From NCBI RefSeq assembly GCF_964188315.1, contig NC_135670.1:11408001-11472000 (forward strand): 64,000 nt of DNA. The letters run 5' to 3'. The notes under the pieces were generated by a model, which was given only the letters and a program-made list of their open reading frames with translations, did not search any database and had not been told where the DNA came from. This DNA is from Podarcis muralis (taxonomy: Eukaryota). Shown here piece after piece: positions 11,672 to 25,132 of this stretch; within the stretch, counting starts at the first letter, position 1, and every line of letters starts with the position of its first letter. A program made the translations under genes and the position numbers.

Positions 11672-13694
11672 GGCTTGCGCCCAGAAGCCGCTCTGCTTCC
11701 TGTCCCTCGTCTCGGTGGAAGCAGAAAGCGCGGCGTGCACTGCAATGGATGTCCGGCATGCCAACAACTTCCCGATCGATTGGTTCCCCCATCGATTTGA
11801 ATGGTCATGCTGGCTCCCGTCAACGTTTGCAGGTGGAGGCAAATCTCAAGAAGAGAGGAAGGGGGAATTTCCTCCCTCCAGGAGATATTAGTTAGTTAGG
11901 GAACATCAAGCTGATTACGTCCAGCTTTTTGTCCACTTCTCCATCTGTATAAAAGCCAGCTTTCCAATATTCTTCAGTGGAAGAATAGAACTGAGGATAA
12001 GGCTTTTGCGAGGGAAAGGGGCTTATGCAGGCTGTGGCGATAAAAGCAGGTTTGATTCTGATGGGTGGGCTTCACAGAGAGCAGGTTTAGACCATGCTTA
12101 GGCAGACCTGCTAGGGCAAATCATAGAGTAGGAAAACTCCAAGGGTCATCTAGTCCAACCCTCTTGCAATGCAGGAATCTCAGCAAGAGGGCCCACATTC
12201 AATGTGAAACCATACCGGGGGGCGGGGGGGGGGGCTTCCCTGTCAATGCGTCATCCCACAGCTAGCCGCCACTTGCCTGCCTTCTGATATGCAACCAGTC
12301 CAGGAGTTAGCCCTGCCTGTCAGATTCCTACTCTTTTGTGTCAGTGTTGCTTCTTGTAAAACTCAACCAGGAGGAAGATGGGGACAGTACAGTGGTACCT
12401 CGGGTTAAGTACTTAATTCGTTCTGGAGGTCCGCACTTAACCTGAAACTGTTCTTAACCTGAAGCACCACTTTAGCTAATGGGGCCTCCTGCTGCCGCTG
12501 CACCGCCGGAGCATGATTTCTGTCCTCATCCTGAAGCAAAGTTCTTAACCTGAAGCACTATTTCTGGGTTAGTGGAGTCTGTAACCTGAAGCGTATGTAA
12601 CCTGAAGCGTATGTAACCCAAGGTACCACTGTACTAGAATTAGATGGTTCCAGCTTCTGTTGGGCTCCCTGCCTTCTGCCCAAGCAGTTCCAAGGTTCAC
12701 CAGCCACCACAGTCTGCACCCAAATGGTCTTCATAAGATTTCTCATTTTTTTTCACCCATGCCAATGAATAGCTGTCATTCAGTCTAATGGGGAAACATT
12801 TAAGTCAGGGATGAGGAACCTGTTTCTCCAGGTGATGACAAACTCAAACTTCTACCAGCCTTATCAGCATACTGAAAGAACCATGGATTATGGGAGTACA
12901 GCAACTTTCAGCAGTGCACAGGTTCCCTAAGTACTGTTCATGGCAATGTCACGGCTGTGAGGGCCCAACCTACCATTCCATGCCTGGCAGTGGGTGGCCT
13001 GAACCTCAAGCGATAAGAGGTCATGGAAGACGGGTAAGGAAGCTTTTTTCTGTACAAGAGGACCACGTTCCTTTCTGGGCAACCTTCTGAGCACCACATG
13101 CCAGTGGTAGGCAAAGCCAAAGGCAAAAGTAGACACAGCAATGAATGTTACCTTGGTACAGTGGTCTAGTTTCTACGCAATTACCTCTGTATCCTCCACC
13201 CAGGCAAACAAGACACAGGATCAGAATCCAAGGCTGCATTCCAGCCAGGCAAACACTTGTGGGGCACAAAGCAGGTGAGAGGTGCTACTTGAAGAAAGTT
13301 CTGAGAATCAGATAGGGAGGCCTGAAGGTCTGCATTCGGCCCCTGGGGCTGAGGTATCCTGCTCTGGCTGGAACGTGTATGTTGTCATTGTACAGACAAC
13401 TTGGCAAAATATAAGCCCCCCCCCCTCTCTACACATGTATTACTTTCGTAACTACAAACTTCTTTTTTGTTGTTGCTAGTTTACAACAAACCCTTAAATA
13501 AGTACAGGTGTCGTTGTGATGTACAAAGGAAATTTTATCGCTCAATGTTTACACCAAAGCAACCCTTACAGCAAGAAGACAAAACAGAAGAATCTCTCCA
13601 TTGAAGACACAGTAAAGTTCTCCTAGATCCAGCTTCTGCAAAGTTCTCAGTTTAGAATAGAGTCCAGCCAGCACAGACTCTTTCTGTTTCACTG

Positions 13695-13826
13695 CTATTT
13701 TTTCCAGGGCCATGGCTTGTGAGCCACATTCTCATCTGTCTTCGATGCCTCTTTCAGGATCTCCATTACCATGGCGTTATGTTTTTGCCGCTCAGTCAAC
13801 ACCTGTGGGGTAGCATCAGCAAATTC
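13695..13826 (-). CDS. UQCC3: UQCC3 exon 2 (EFADATPQVLTERQKHNAMVMEILKEASKTDENVAHKPWPWKK*)
   Basis: ttcttttctccag-type acceptor; phase 0; LKEA..T.ENVA.K.W motif of UQCC3. Confidence 0.88.
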   Translation of the reverse strand, partial: EFADATPQVLTERQKHNAMVMEILKEASKTDENVAHKPWPWKK

Positions 13827-14129
13827 CTGGAGAAAGAAATAAAGATGTTTAGAAGATCCAAGAGAGGTGCCTTCAAGGGTGAAGTCAAACCGCTGGAGAG
13901 CTGCAGCTACGGCTATAGAGACAGACACGGGAGGACTACATGTGCCCATTGGGGCCAGTATCCTCTACTCTGACTGGCAGCAGCTCTCTCAGGATCTCTG
14001 GGGTCTCTTTCTCTTCAGCTGCTACCTTTAGCCGGAAACGCCACGGGCTGAGCCCGGGGCTCCCCGCAAGTGCACCCTGGCTTCCTCTGACCTCCACCGC
14101 AAACCCCGGAGACTGGAGCTTTCGCCCAC

Positions 14130-14249
14130 CTTCGCCATCTCCTTTCTGCGCGCTTCGTCCGGCGCGACCACGGCCCAAAGCACAAGCCCCGCGCCCGTGA
14201 ACCCCGCCACGAACAAGATCCCCTTTGCTACGCGGTAGGCAGTCTCCAT
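14130..14249 (-). CDS. UQCC3: UQCC3 exon 1 (METAYRVAKGILFVAGFTGAGLVLWAVVAPDEARRKEMAK); 83 aa in total
   Basis: 40 codons; TM helix followed by P..RRKEM.K as in human; GTGGGC donor; syntenic position. Confidence 0.88.
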
Positions 14250-15426
14250 GGAAGCAAACGACACCCCACCGCTCCTAAAACACTCCCCAAAAGACAAGCA
14301 GGAAGGACCAGCCTCCCTGTAAGGGAGAGGGGAAGAAAAAAGGTGGCGCACCACCTAAAGAGCAGAGGTGTGTCTGGGCTAGAGTGTCCCGGCCACAACA
14401 TAGAGATAAGAAAAGGAGAGAGTTATGGAGATGTTAAAGGAGCGCCAAAGAGGGAAGGGAGTCTTGCTCTTTCTAACTCGGGTCTTCATTTGTGTTAGAA
14501 GAATTATTTCGGATTTGGTTTTTAAAATTGGTTTAAAAAATTGCCCTGAAAATGCCGTAGCTCGATGGCAGAGCATCTGCGTTGCAATGCCCAAGGTTCA
14601 GTCCCCAATGGCGTCTATGGAAGAAGCTCCTTGCCTGAAACCTTGGAGAGCCGCTGCCAGTCAGTGTAGGCAGTATTGAGCTAGAAGGACCGGTAGATGT
14701 GACGGGTTTCTTTTCCCCTGGAAAAATAAAGCACAAGGGGGGTGGGAATCCCACCTCACATCACTGGTAAAAAGATGCCAAAGGGATGATTTTATGGTGC
14801 GCTGGAAACCGTATACAGTATCGGACATTGCAGAAAGAGCTCACAGCTTCCTCCCGCGAAGGATCTTATTCTCTCATAATGACCAATGAGCAGAATGAGA
14901 TTATCCTCGTATTCATTATTTTATATAATATTTATTGAGTTTTCCAATTTAACAATCCAACAAAAACCACATTAAATACATTCCAAATTATAATACAACC
15001 AAGAAGACCAAATTTTATGCCAAATTATATATCTTTGGGTGACTTCCCATGCTCTGAAGTTCATATTCATTATTTTAGGAATGAGTAATTAACAATAGAA
15101 ATAATTAAAGTGCATCTACTGTGAATGCAGCAGATTGCAGGTTCAAGCCCCAGAATCTCCAGATCTGAAGCCTCAGAGAACCACTACCAGTCATAGAATC
15201 AGAATTGTGTAGGGTCCTGAGGGTCATCTAGTCCAACCCCTGCAATACAGGAATCTCAACTAGATCATACATGACAGATGGGCATTGGATGGACCTCTGC
15301 TTTAAAACCTTCGGGGAAGGAGAGTCTACCCCCCTCTCGTGGGAGTCTGTTTCCCTGTCTAGACAATCCTGAGTTAGACGGACCAATGGTCTGACTCAGT
15401 GTAAGGCACTCCCTATGTTCCTTGAC

Positions 15427-15681
15427 TCCTGCCCACCTAGCAGTTCGAAAGCACATCAAAGTACAAGTAGATAAATAGGTACCACTCTGGCGGGAAGGTA
15501 AACGGCGTTTCCGTACGCTGCTCTGGTTCGCCAGAAGCAGCTTAGTCATGCTGGCCACATGACCCGGAAGCTGTCTGCAGACAAATGCCGGCTCCCTCGG
15601 CCAATAGAGCGAGATGAGCGCCCCAACCCCAGAGTCGGTCATGACTGGACCTAATGGTCAGGGGTCCCTTTACCTTTACCT
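15427..15681 (+). mobile_element. 5'-truncated Sauria SINE
   Basis: Body plus tail; TSD tatgttccttga. Confidence 0.85.
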
Positions 15682-17070
15682 TATGTTCCTTGAATGGGAA
15701 GTTGGGTTTTGGCTAATATTAGCTTGCATCCAACTAAATTCTGCATACCCATTGAGATTCGTGGACTTCAGTTAATCATGTTCATTAATTCCAATGGGTC
15801 GACTCTTGAGTAGAGCTAGCCCTGGTACAACCTACTGTTTTGGATTTTTGCTGGAAGCATGTTGTATACTCTGAGCAATTGTATTTCCACTTTCAATGCC
15901 TTTTCGTTGCCTTACAGAAAACTGTTACACAATAATAATATCGGTAATAGGGTAGTATTAAGCTAATAATTATTTTAGAATAAATAAGAACATCGGAAGC
16001 TGCCTTATACGGAGTCAGACTGTTGGGCCATCTAACTTCGTATTGACCAGCAATGCCTTTCCGGGTCTCTTTACACACTATAGCACATTCAAAGCAATGT
16101 TTCCTTTTGAATAATTTTGGGCATTGTGGTTTGTTCAGGGTTGATGGGAATAGTAAGTCTGTGAGAGGTAAAGGACAGTGCCCAGAATTCTTTGAAGGAA
16201 AGAACATGTTTCAAATGTGGTTTAATGGTGTAAAGGTAAAAGGTTTATATGCCAAAGGCTTGAGGGGAAGATGGGATACATGACGGAGCTTGGAAAGAAG
16301 GAACGACTGTCATGTACATAGGTGTTCCAGGAGGTAGTTGCAGGCAAAGGGGTCAGCAACTGGGAAAGGGCTGTTTCTTTGCCCTGCCTTCTACGCAGAA
16401 CAGAGTGCTCTTTGTTCCACGGCAACCTAAACAACCTTAAGCAAAAATGGGGAAAGGTAAAAGGATTCCCTTGGCAATTTAGTAAGGCAGTGGTACTCTG
16501 AGGGTGTGGCATGCAACATTGGTGTGGCAGGAGAGTCTGGCAAGTGTTGTGGGAAGATTCAGGGACAATCAAAGAAACCTTTAAACATTTCAGCGTAGTA
16601 TAGTATCAAAATAATTATTTTTATTTGCAGAATGTGGATCTTTTCAAAACGAGAGCTAGAACATCAAGTGATACTGAAGACCATCGTAGCTGTGTTTTCC
16701 AACGTATTTATTATCGATTAAAAAATTGGTGTGGCACGAGCACATTTTCATTCCCAAGAAAAAAGTTTGGGAACCATTGTTATAAGGTGGTTTTAGCCTG
16801 GAACACTCTGGCGTGGAGAGAAAGTTATCTTCTTCACCGCTTCAGTTTCTGGGAGATAAGTTGCTTATGAAGGGCCAGGGGTGGGGCCGGTTAAGAACAA
16901 AGAAGCAACTGGGAAAATGTGGCAACCGTACACCTCACTATTGGCTTGTCCAGTGAAATGTCACCTTGTGCATTAAAAAACAACAGTATGATATCACAAT
17001 GTACTTGAGTGTGTCCGCAGTCGGGTAATGTGATTTTGTGGCTATGTACAAATTGAAACATGTGGACATA

Positions 17071-17422
17071 GGGACATGGGTGGCGCTGTGGGTTAAACCA
17101 CAGAGCCTAGGACTTGCCGATCAGAAGGTCGGTGGTTTGAATCCCTGCGATGGGGTGAGCTCCCGTTGCTCGGTCCCTGCTCCTGCCAACCTAGCAGTTC
17201 GAAAGCACGTCAAAGTGCAAGTAGATAAATAGGTACCGCTCCGGCGGGAAGGTAAACGGCGTTTCCGTGCACTGCTCTGGTTCGCCAGAAGCGGCTTAGT
17301 CATGCTGGCCACATGACCTGGAAGCTGTATGCCGGCTCCCTCGGCCAGTAAAGCGAGATGAGCGCCGCAACCCCAGAGTCAGCCACGACTGGACCTAATG
17401 GTCAGGGGTCCCTTTACCTTTA
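17071..17422 (+). mobile_element. Sauria SINE
   Basis: Full head-to-tail match to the other copies. Confidence 0.9.
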
Positions 17423-18590
17423 CACACTGAAAGGCCCCATCGGTCGCGCTGCGTTTCAAGTCAAATTTCTGCATTCCTGTACACACCAGAGAGGGGAACA
17501 GTGTCTTCACCCGATACTGCTTACCTGATTTGTTTCCCTGAACTGGCAAACCCCACCTGCCACAGAATTCCTATTCTAGGAAGACGTCTTCTTCACATGT
17601 GTGCCGTCATCTGCCTGAAGAGCACACATCTCAGCTTGCACTTTCAAATCGGGTGGCAGGTGGTTTGTGGGGAAACGCATCAAACAGCAGAATTTCTAGA
17701 TAGACTCCAGGATACAGATGAGTGTGAGGCTTTAAATGCCGGTGTTGGGAGCACGTTGGAGACAGAGTTTATGACAATGTGCACACAGTCAATGATGGGT
17801 TCCCTTCTCTCCTTAATTGGATTATCATCAGATCTGGGAAATCCAAATTAATTGGAGGGCAGGGGACTTGACTGAGGATGCTGGGAAACCAGGCACAAGT
17901 AACTTAATATCCACATTAAATTTATGAGTGGATGAGCCCATATAATCTCAAGAGGATGCTTCACAAAAATGGATCACATGATAGGAGATGCGAGGTTGTT
18001 GCCTGGATGAACTGAAGGTGGATAATGCTGTTAAATGTTGATTGCCCCTTGAGGGGCAATCCTTCAGGTGCCATATTGTTTACCAGCCCCTGCTCCTGTG
18101 CTGTTAGAGATGTTGGCTTGCGTGCGTCAGCAGACTAGCACACTCATCTCCGTGCCGTTTAAATAGAAGCCCCAGAGTTTGCTCTTGCCTTGCTGCCTGG
18201 GTGGACAACATTCTGATTTGAATATCGTTTTTCATCACTCGTACCTTCTTCCACAGTACAGTGGTACCTCAGGTTAAGAACTTAATTCATTCTGGAGGTA
18301 CGTTATTAACCTGAGGTACCACTTTAGCTAATGGGGCCTCCCGCTGCCGCGCGATTTCTGTTCTCATCCTGAAGCAAAGTTCTTAACCCGAGGTACTATT
18401 TCTGGGTTAGCGGAGTCTGTAACCTGTAGCGTCTGTAACCTGAAGCATATGTAACTTGAGGTACCACTGTAATTTACTGATGCTGGGACTTTATTGTGAG
18501 GTTGCCTTTTTTAAATCAATGGATGCACATGCATCAGAAAGGTTAGATACAAAAATGTATTATTATTATTATTATTATTAATTTTTTTTA

Positions 18591-18631
<41 letters not shown>

Positions 18632-20450
18632 CTAAAAAACCCAGAAGTCTCCCTTGAGGGTCAAGCCACTATTAAAAGCAGAGGTGCAGGCCCAGCTGGG
18701 TTTGTCCCATCAGTTGGCAACCCACTTACACCTTGATATTTGCGATGAGGCACACACAAAGGACAGGCACCACCACTCTCTGCTTTAAGTAAGGCCTTCC
18801 CCACCCTTCGCACTAGCCCTGTGACAATCTCTGCCTTGAGCTCATTAGCTGTGCTTTGAGTTTCCATGATCTCAGAGGGCGATTAATATCCAGGGAATAG
18901 AGATGGATGGCCAGTGTCCTGGGGTGACCTCACCCCCTGGATCTGGAAGCCCCTCCTTCTCTCCCCCCCCCCCCATTGCTCTGTTATTCTGTCCAGAGCC
19001 TGGGGAAGCAAACACCCTCTCTGCCTCACCAATTCCACCAGACAAGGAAGAGGATATTTCCCCTTCTGCCGGAAGAAGGTGAGCCCTGGGAACTGGAAGA
19101 GGATCCACCCAAGATCCCACAGGACCGATTTCCAGGAAAAGGTGAGAAACTGAAGGGGAGGGGTGGAGAGTTCCTCCTGGCAGATTCCCAACTGAACCTG
19201 CTCTCCTGCCTTGCTATTGAGGAGTTCCTATAGGAACATAGGAAGCTGCCTCAGGCTGTGTCAGGCTGTCAGTCCATCTAGTTCAGTATTGCCTGCACTG
19301 ACTGGCAGCAGCTCTTCAGGGTTTCAGAGGGGAATCTCTTCTTCCCAGCCCAACCTGGGTTGAATCAGGGACCTTCCACATGCAAAACATGGAACCACTG
19401 AGCCATGGTTCCCTCCTCCCAAATAAAGTAAGGTTCCATGGTTCCTCATAGTTCTGAAGGCAGAGCCGATTTATTTCATTTAATTAAGTTTATATCCAGG
19501 CCCAGGGTGGCAACCAAGAAGTAATAAAACAATTAAGAAATACGGGAGGGGGGGAGCCAGTATAGGTGCAGACTGGGAAAGGCTTCTTCAAAGATGAATG
19601 CTTTTAGCAGGTGTTGAAAATAAAATATAGGAACATGTGAAACTCCCTTTTAGCTCAGTCCATCTAACTCAGTTATTGTCTACACTGACATATCACCCAT
19701 AGATAAATAGGTTGAAGGGTCAGTTCTGGCAAGGAATCTGTAGCCTCTTTAGTTACACCAGCTACCTGTTAATTCCCAGACCCAATTTCAACATGCTAGT
19801 AAATGAGGACTTCAGTATGGTATACTGTACTACACATTCTGCAATTGCAACTTTCCCCTCTGTGCCTCGTGCACCAGAAATATTTTTAAGAAGAGTGAAG
19901 CTTTTATTCAGGGTAGAGACAAAATATTCAAGGTGGGGAGGAAGAGCTTCACCTCTTTAATTTCTGCATGTCAAGAAAATGTTTGTTTGTTTGTTTGTTT
20001 GTTTGCTTTTTAATGTGGCAAAGTTCCCAAACAGCTTCTCTTGAGAGCGCTCACATCCACACTCTCCATTTAAATCACATCTCTACCACTTTGTGCCTTC
20101 CCTCTAATAATCTTGGGAGTTGTAGCTTGCTATGGGTGCTGGGAACTATAGCTCTGTGAGGGGTCTCCTCTCAGCACCCCTTCGCAAATGACAGTTCCCA
20201 GGATCCTTCAGGGGAAGCCACGACTGCTTAAAGCAGTATAGGAGCGTTTTCAACATGTGGTGAAGATGTGACCTCAGGTTCTGACCAGCCCAACTTTGAC
20301 ACTGCTGCAAATCTCTTAGAGTTTAGGGTTGCTTCAGGAGTTGAAAGACTCTGCATTTAATGAGTCTGCCATGCTTCGGAAGAGGATAATATTTCAGTTC
20401 CAGGGAGAGAAGGCTCCCCCAGCTGGAATATTTTTGCCACAATAACACCC

Positions 20451-21786
20451 TGTTGTAAGAAAAAACTGCTCCTTTTTCCCTTATGGGGTACCCAAGAGCC
20501 CGTATAGAGTCCTTAAGTAGGTTCTCTGTCGGTAGGAGAAAATAACAAGAGGCCAACCAGAGAATATTGAGAAGCAAAGCAGCTAGTAAGCCTGATCTCT
20601 ATTAAACTGCCGCAACAGGATCCCCCACTCCCCCCATGCAGAGAGGGAGGAGGGGAACCCAGAACATTGGTGTGCAAGCTCTTATATAGACTTTTGAAAT
20701 TGCCCACCCTGTAGCTCAAGACCACCCCCCAAAATATCATACATACATCACAGAAAGAGGTGGTCCCCAGCAAAAATGTGAGTGTGTTGCTTCTCTCCTG
20801 TCTGCCAGGATACCTGATAATGCCTTATCTGATTGCCTTTTCTGGGTAGCCTGGCCATTCCTTGGAGATGGTAAATACTTCCTGAATCAGATACTTGCCA
20901 GACTGTATTTACAGGGAGGTGTAAGCCCCTACAGTCCAAAGACAATTGGAAAGCTTTTCCCATTTCCTTCCTCCTTGCAGAGAAATATCTGAAGTCAATT
21001 TGGGAGAGTCAAAATGGTTTCAGGATTGCTCTTGTTGTAAACAAAACTCTGCCCAATTTCCCTTATGGGGTATCCAAGGACCCATATAGAGTCCTTACGT
21101 AGGTTCCCTATTGGTAGGAGAAGATGACAGAGGCCAACCAGAGAATATTGGGAAGCAAAGCAGCTAGTAAGCCTGATCTTTATTGATCTGTTGCAACAGG
21201 GTCCTCACTCACCGCACGCAGGAGGGAGGAGGAACCCAGAACAATGATGTGCAAGCCCTTCTATAGACTTTTGAAATTGCCACCCTGTAGATCAAGACCA
21301 CCCCCAGAAACATCATACATACATCACAGAAGGGGTGTAGCTCAAGACCCCCCCATACATCATACCTACATCACAGAAAGGGCGGTCTACAGCAGAAATC
21401 TGAGTGCTTTGTTTACCTCCTGTCTCCCAGGTTACCTGTTTAATGGTCACTTGATTGGATTGCCTGAGGAGCCTGACCAGTCTTTTGTAATGATAAACAC
21501 TTAGTTCCTGAGCCAAATGTGCCCTTAAGACAGGATTTGTGAAGGAAAAGACAATGGGGAGGCTTTTCCATTTTCCTTTGACCTTGCAGAGAAAACATTT
21601 GGTCAGTTTGGGAATCAAAATGGTTTCAGGTCGGTCTTCCTGTGCTGATCTATGTACGTGCTTGGTTGGTACACTTATGAACATTTAACATATATCTAAG
21701 ACCTCAAAATTCCTATCACACTCTCCTGTACTATTTCAGACACTATACTTATGCATATGTGTTTGCCTTGTACATTTATGAACATT

Positions 21787-21851
<65 letters not shown>

Positions 21852-21871
21852 ACCTTACAATTCCTATTACA
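20451..21871 (-). mobile_element. Solo LTR (TSD ACCC) containing a nested related solo LTR at 21033-21720 (TSD CTCT)
   Basis: TG...CA termini; two 4-bp TSDs; collinear similarity between the two units. Confidence 0.8.
21790..21849. repeat. (TC)n microsatellite inside the outer LTR
   Basis: Read directly. Confidence 0.95.
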
Positions 21872-22745
21872 ACCCCTTCACGCAGCATGTTCCACGTGGG
21901 CCTCCTCTTCTCAGAGGGAGGGAGCAGGCTGCGTATGCAGCCAGGGTCACGTCACCACAGACCCTTTGCTCCACATGCAGTGATGGGATATGTGGGCATA
22001 TCTTATGGCTGAAGGATTATCTGGCCACGAGGACAAAGCGCTTTAGCGCTTCCGTGAGATCCCAGGCCAGAGTCAGGGCACTCAGACCCTAATCCTTCTT
22101 AAGCGGCCGCACCCTGAGCTCTCCGCTATCAGAGAGGGACACGATTCTGAGGCCGCACGCACACCACACATTCAAAGCAAAACATGAAACAATCATGGCT
22201 TCCCCCTCAAAAAAAAAGGGGGGGAGCCATTGTTTGTTATTACAGACCCTCCAAGTGTCCCTGTTTTCCAGGGACAGTAGTGGCTTTTCAGAAGCCATTC
22301 TGGTTTCTGATTTGATGTGCTGCTTTTCCTTCAGACATCCCTATTTTTTATCAGATTAATGTTGGAGGGTATGTGTTAAGGTTGCTGAAAGTTGCTCAGA
22401 GACCTCTCTCTTCCTCCCACAGAACTACAAGTTCCCCGTGAAAAGATATTGATTGTTATACCTCTTTGGGAACTGTAGTTCTGTGAGGGGTTTCCCAACA
22501 TATCTCTGCACCCTTGACAAAGGACTGCTGCCATAATTCTTGTCGTATTAAAAGAGTTTCAAATGCTTGTAAAACTGTTGGTTCTGATGACACAAGATTA
22601 GGCTGTGGTGACTGCGTCCCCTCAGATCTTGTTTTGCTTTCGTGTGTATTCATTTTTATTTTTTGTTTCGGATAGGGGCCTCAAAAGCTGGAAGGGGCCT
22701 GAGTCTCTCTGGATCTCTCGAGAGAGCCTGCTCCCAGATGCAGTC

Positions 22746-22934
22746 ATGACTGAAATGATGAGGGGCTGTGAGGGCCCTGACACCCAGGGCGAAACGTGTG
22801 CTGCGTGCCAGATGTCTACAGGAGGTCTGGATCCTGCCATGAGTGGTGAGCCTGGTCCGAACACTGATCAGGAGATGCAGTGGATCTCAGCCAGGGAGGA
22901 CAGCTCCCACCAAGCGCCTTGTTTGAACACCCAG
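22746..22934 (+). CDS. LBHD1: LBH-domain protein exon (MTEMMRGCEG...WISAREDSSHQAPCLNTQ); the true start may lie further upstream
   Basis: MTEMM and SAREDSSHQ resemble LBH MTEVMM and SPRKDGLSYQ; gtaaga donor; phase 0. Confidence 0.7.
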
Positions 22935-23197
22935 GTAAGACGGGAACGCTCTTTCGAGCTGCTGTCCACCTCCGTCTTCAGATAATAGAATTCCCTCCTA
23001 TGCAAGTTGAGGAACTTCCCTTATCCTTCTCATCCAGTGTGTAAAGCACGAATCAGAAAGCCAGTGAATGTCCTCCATGACGTTCCCTGTTCACTAGGGT
23101 CTTGGCAAGTGGGACATCCAAATGCAAGCTTTGCAGGAGTTGAACTGCTAGCTCAAAGCAGAGTCTCTGTGTGTGAGCTCAGCTGCTTTGTCTACTG

Positions 23198-23697
23198 CAG
23201 GGGTCTGCAACCTTTAAGACAAAAAGAGCCACTTGGATCCGTTTCCGAAGAGGAAAAAAACTGGGAGCCGCTAAACTCGTCATTATAAAAATAACTTTTT
23301 TGTCACTTTTTAAAATTATTTCTTTGTTTGACCCCTCAGAATTACTCCTCCTCATAGAAATAAACATTAAATTAACAAGTTACCTTTTTGTGTGTGTGTG
23401 TGTGTTCTTCACTCCCCTTCAAAACAGTGACCAGCGTACATGCCCCCTTTCAATGCAGTGACCAGCATACATGCCCCTTACAATGTAGCGGGCGGGCGGG
23501 AAGGTGACGTCAGGACGGTGCATGACTAACGCACGCACCGCCCCCATGCGACGCCACAGCCAGTACAGCGCCCACCACAGTGGGGAGTGTCGGGGCGCAC
23601 AATGCGCCTCCTCCCCTCGCTAGTATCCGCCCCGGAGCCGCGGCAAAGGTGTAAAAGAGCCACATGCGGCTCCGGAGCCGCGGGTTGCAGACCCCTG
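23198..23697. mobile_element. Non-autonomous hAT element; shorter copy at 58690-58953 with 8-bp TSD gactaaat
   Basis: TIR CAGGGGTCTGCAACC at both ends. Confidence 0.85.
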
Positions 23698-24397
23698 TAG
23701 CTAGCTCAAAGCAGAGTCTCTGTGTGTGAGCTCAGCTGCTTTGTCTACTGCAATTGGAGTCTTTCCCCCCCAAACAAGTTTTAGTTATCAGAAGAGTTTT
23801 ATTTACCAGAAAAGGAAATGGCAAACTGAAGATGACGTGAGCAACGTAAACCTTATCACAATTTACTAACTGCAGAATTGTAAAATTGGAGGTCAGCTAC
23901 GTTGCAGCTGGCATAGCTGATGGTCAGGGATGATGGGAGTTGGAGTCCAGTGAGGTTTTCGGACTCCAACTCCCATCGGCCCCTTGCCAGCATGTCCAAT
24001 GGTCAGAGATGAAGGGAGTTGTAGTCCAACAACATCTAGAGGGCTACAGATTCCCCACAGGTGAGCTAGAGCAGCCCAGCAGGTGGTTGTCTGGCTTCCC
24101 CTGGAGGGAGAACCCACCCCTTCCTCTAGGGCAGGGGGGTCAGCAAACATTTTCAGAGGGGGCCGGTCTACTGTCCCTCAGACCTTGTGGGGGGCTGGAC
24201 TATATTTTTTGCGGGGGTGGGGGGATGAACGAATTCCTATGCCCCACAAATAACCCAGAGATGCCACTGCATCTCACCACACATTCTACTCATGTAAAAA
24301 CACGCTGATTCCCGGACTGTCCGTGCTGGATTGAGAAGGTGATTGGGCAGGCACCAGCCGCTGGGCCTTAGTTTGCCTACCCCTGCATTGTCAAACT

Positions 24398-24787
24398 TTT
24401 TTTTAAAAAAAAGATATTAAGATTTTACAGAATGAAAAAAGAAAAATACAAAATAAAAATAGTTAAAAATCAATTCCATCTTTCCATCACTTATTTTTCA
24501 TTTGCTTGTTTCCCAGACCTCCTCACACCTCCCTTTTTTGTATTCCAATTCAATTCATTAGTTCAGCAAATCCTTTCCCTCTTTGTTTATCCTAGTCTTT
24601 AATCTTAAAATATTATAACATTAAATTTTTACCTGTTAATAATCCATTTTTTCATATTCCTTATAGCGTTATAGCTAAAAACCACTTAACTTTTTATCCA
24701 ACATCATTCTAACATTCATTAATTTTACAATATTTCTGTAGATAGTCTTTAAATTTCTTCCAATCTTCTTCCATCTTCTTCTTCTTC
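24398..24787 (-). mobile_element. L1/Tx1-type LINE 3' fragment with poly-A tail
   Basis: ORF2-like end WKKFKDYLQKYCKINEC*, A-rich tail, TSD ccctgcattgtcaaact. Confidence 0.65.
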
Positions 24788-25132
24788 CCTGCATTGTCAA
24801 ACTTGCTCTGACCATCAATAAGCTGCTTGAAATCTACACCCCGCCCCGTAACTTGTAAAGCCCACCTTGGCTGCATGCACACCACACATTTAAAGCATGT
24901 GACTTCCCCCAAAGAATTCTGGGAGCTGCAGTTTTGCCCCTATTAATACCCGCACCCTTGCCGAACTACAGTTCCCAGGATTCTTAGGGGGGAAAATCCT
25001 GCGCTTTAATTAAACACAGGGTGCCCAGCACCAGCCTCTCTCTAAGTCCTGAATTCAAAAAATTGTCAGCGTGTGAAAAGGCCTTCCGTTCTTTAATTTG
25101 GGTTAAAACTTCTTCTGCACTTCTCTCTCCAG

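Noticed and set aside
18650-19233. Possible further LTR with an E/P-rich ORF
   Set aside because: No termini, TSD or poly(A) signal could be assigned
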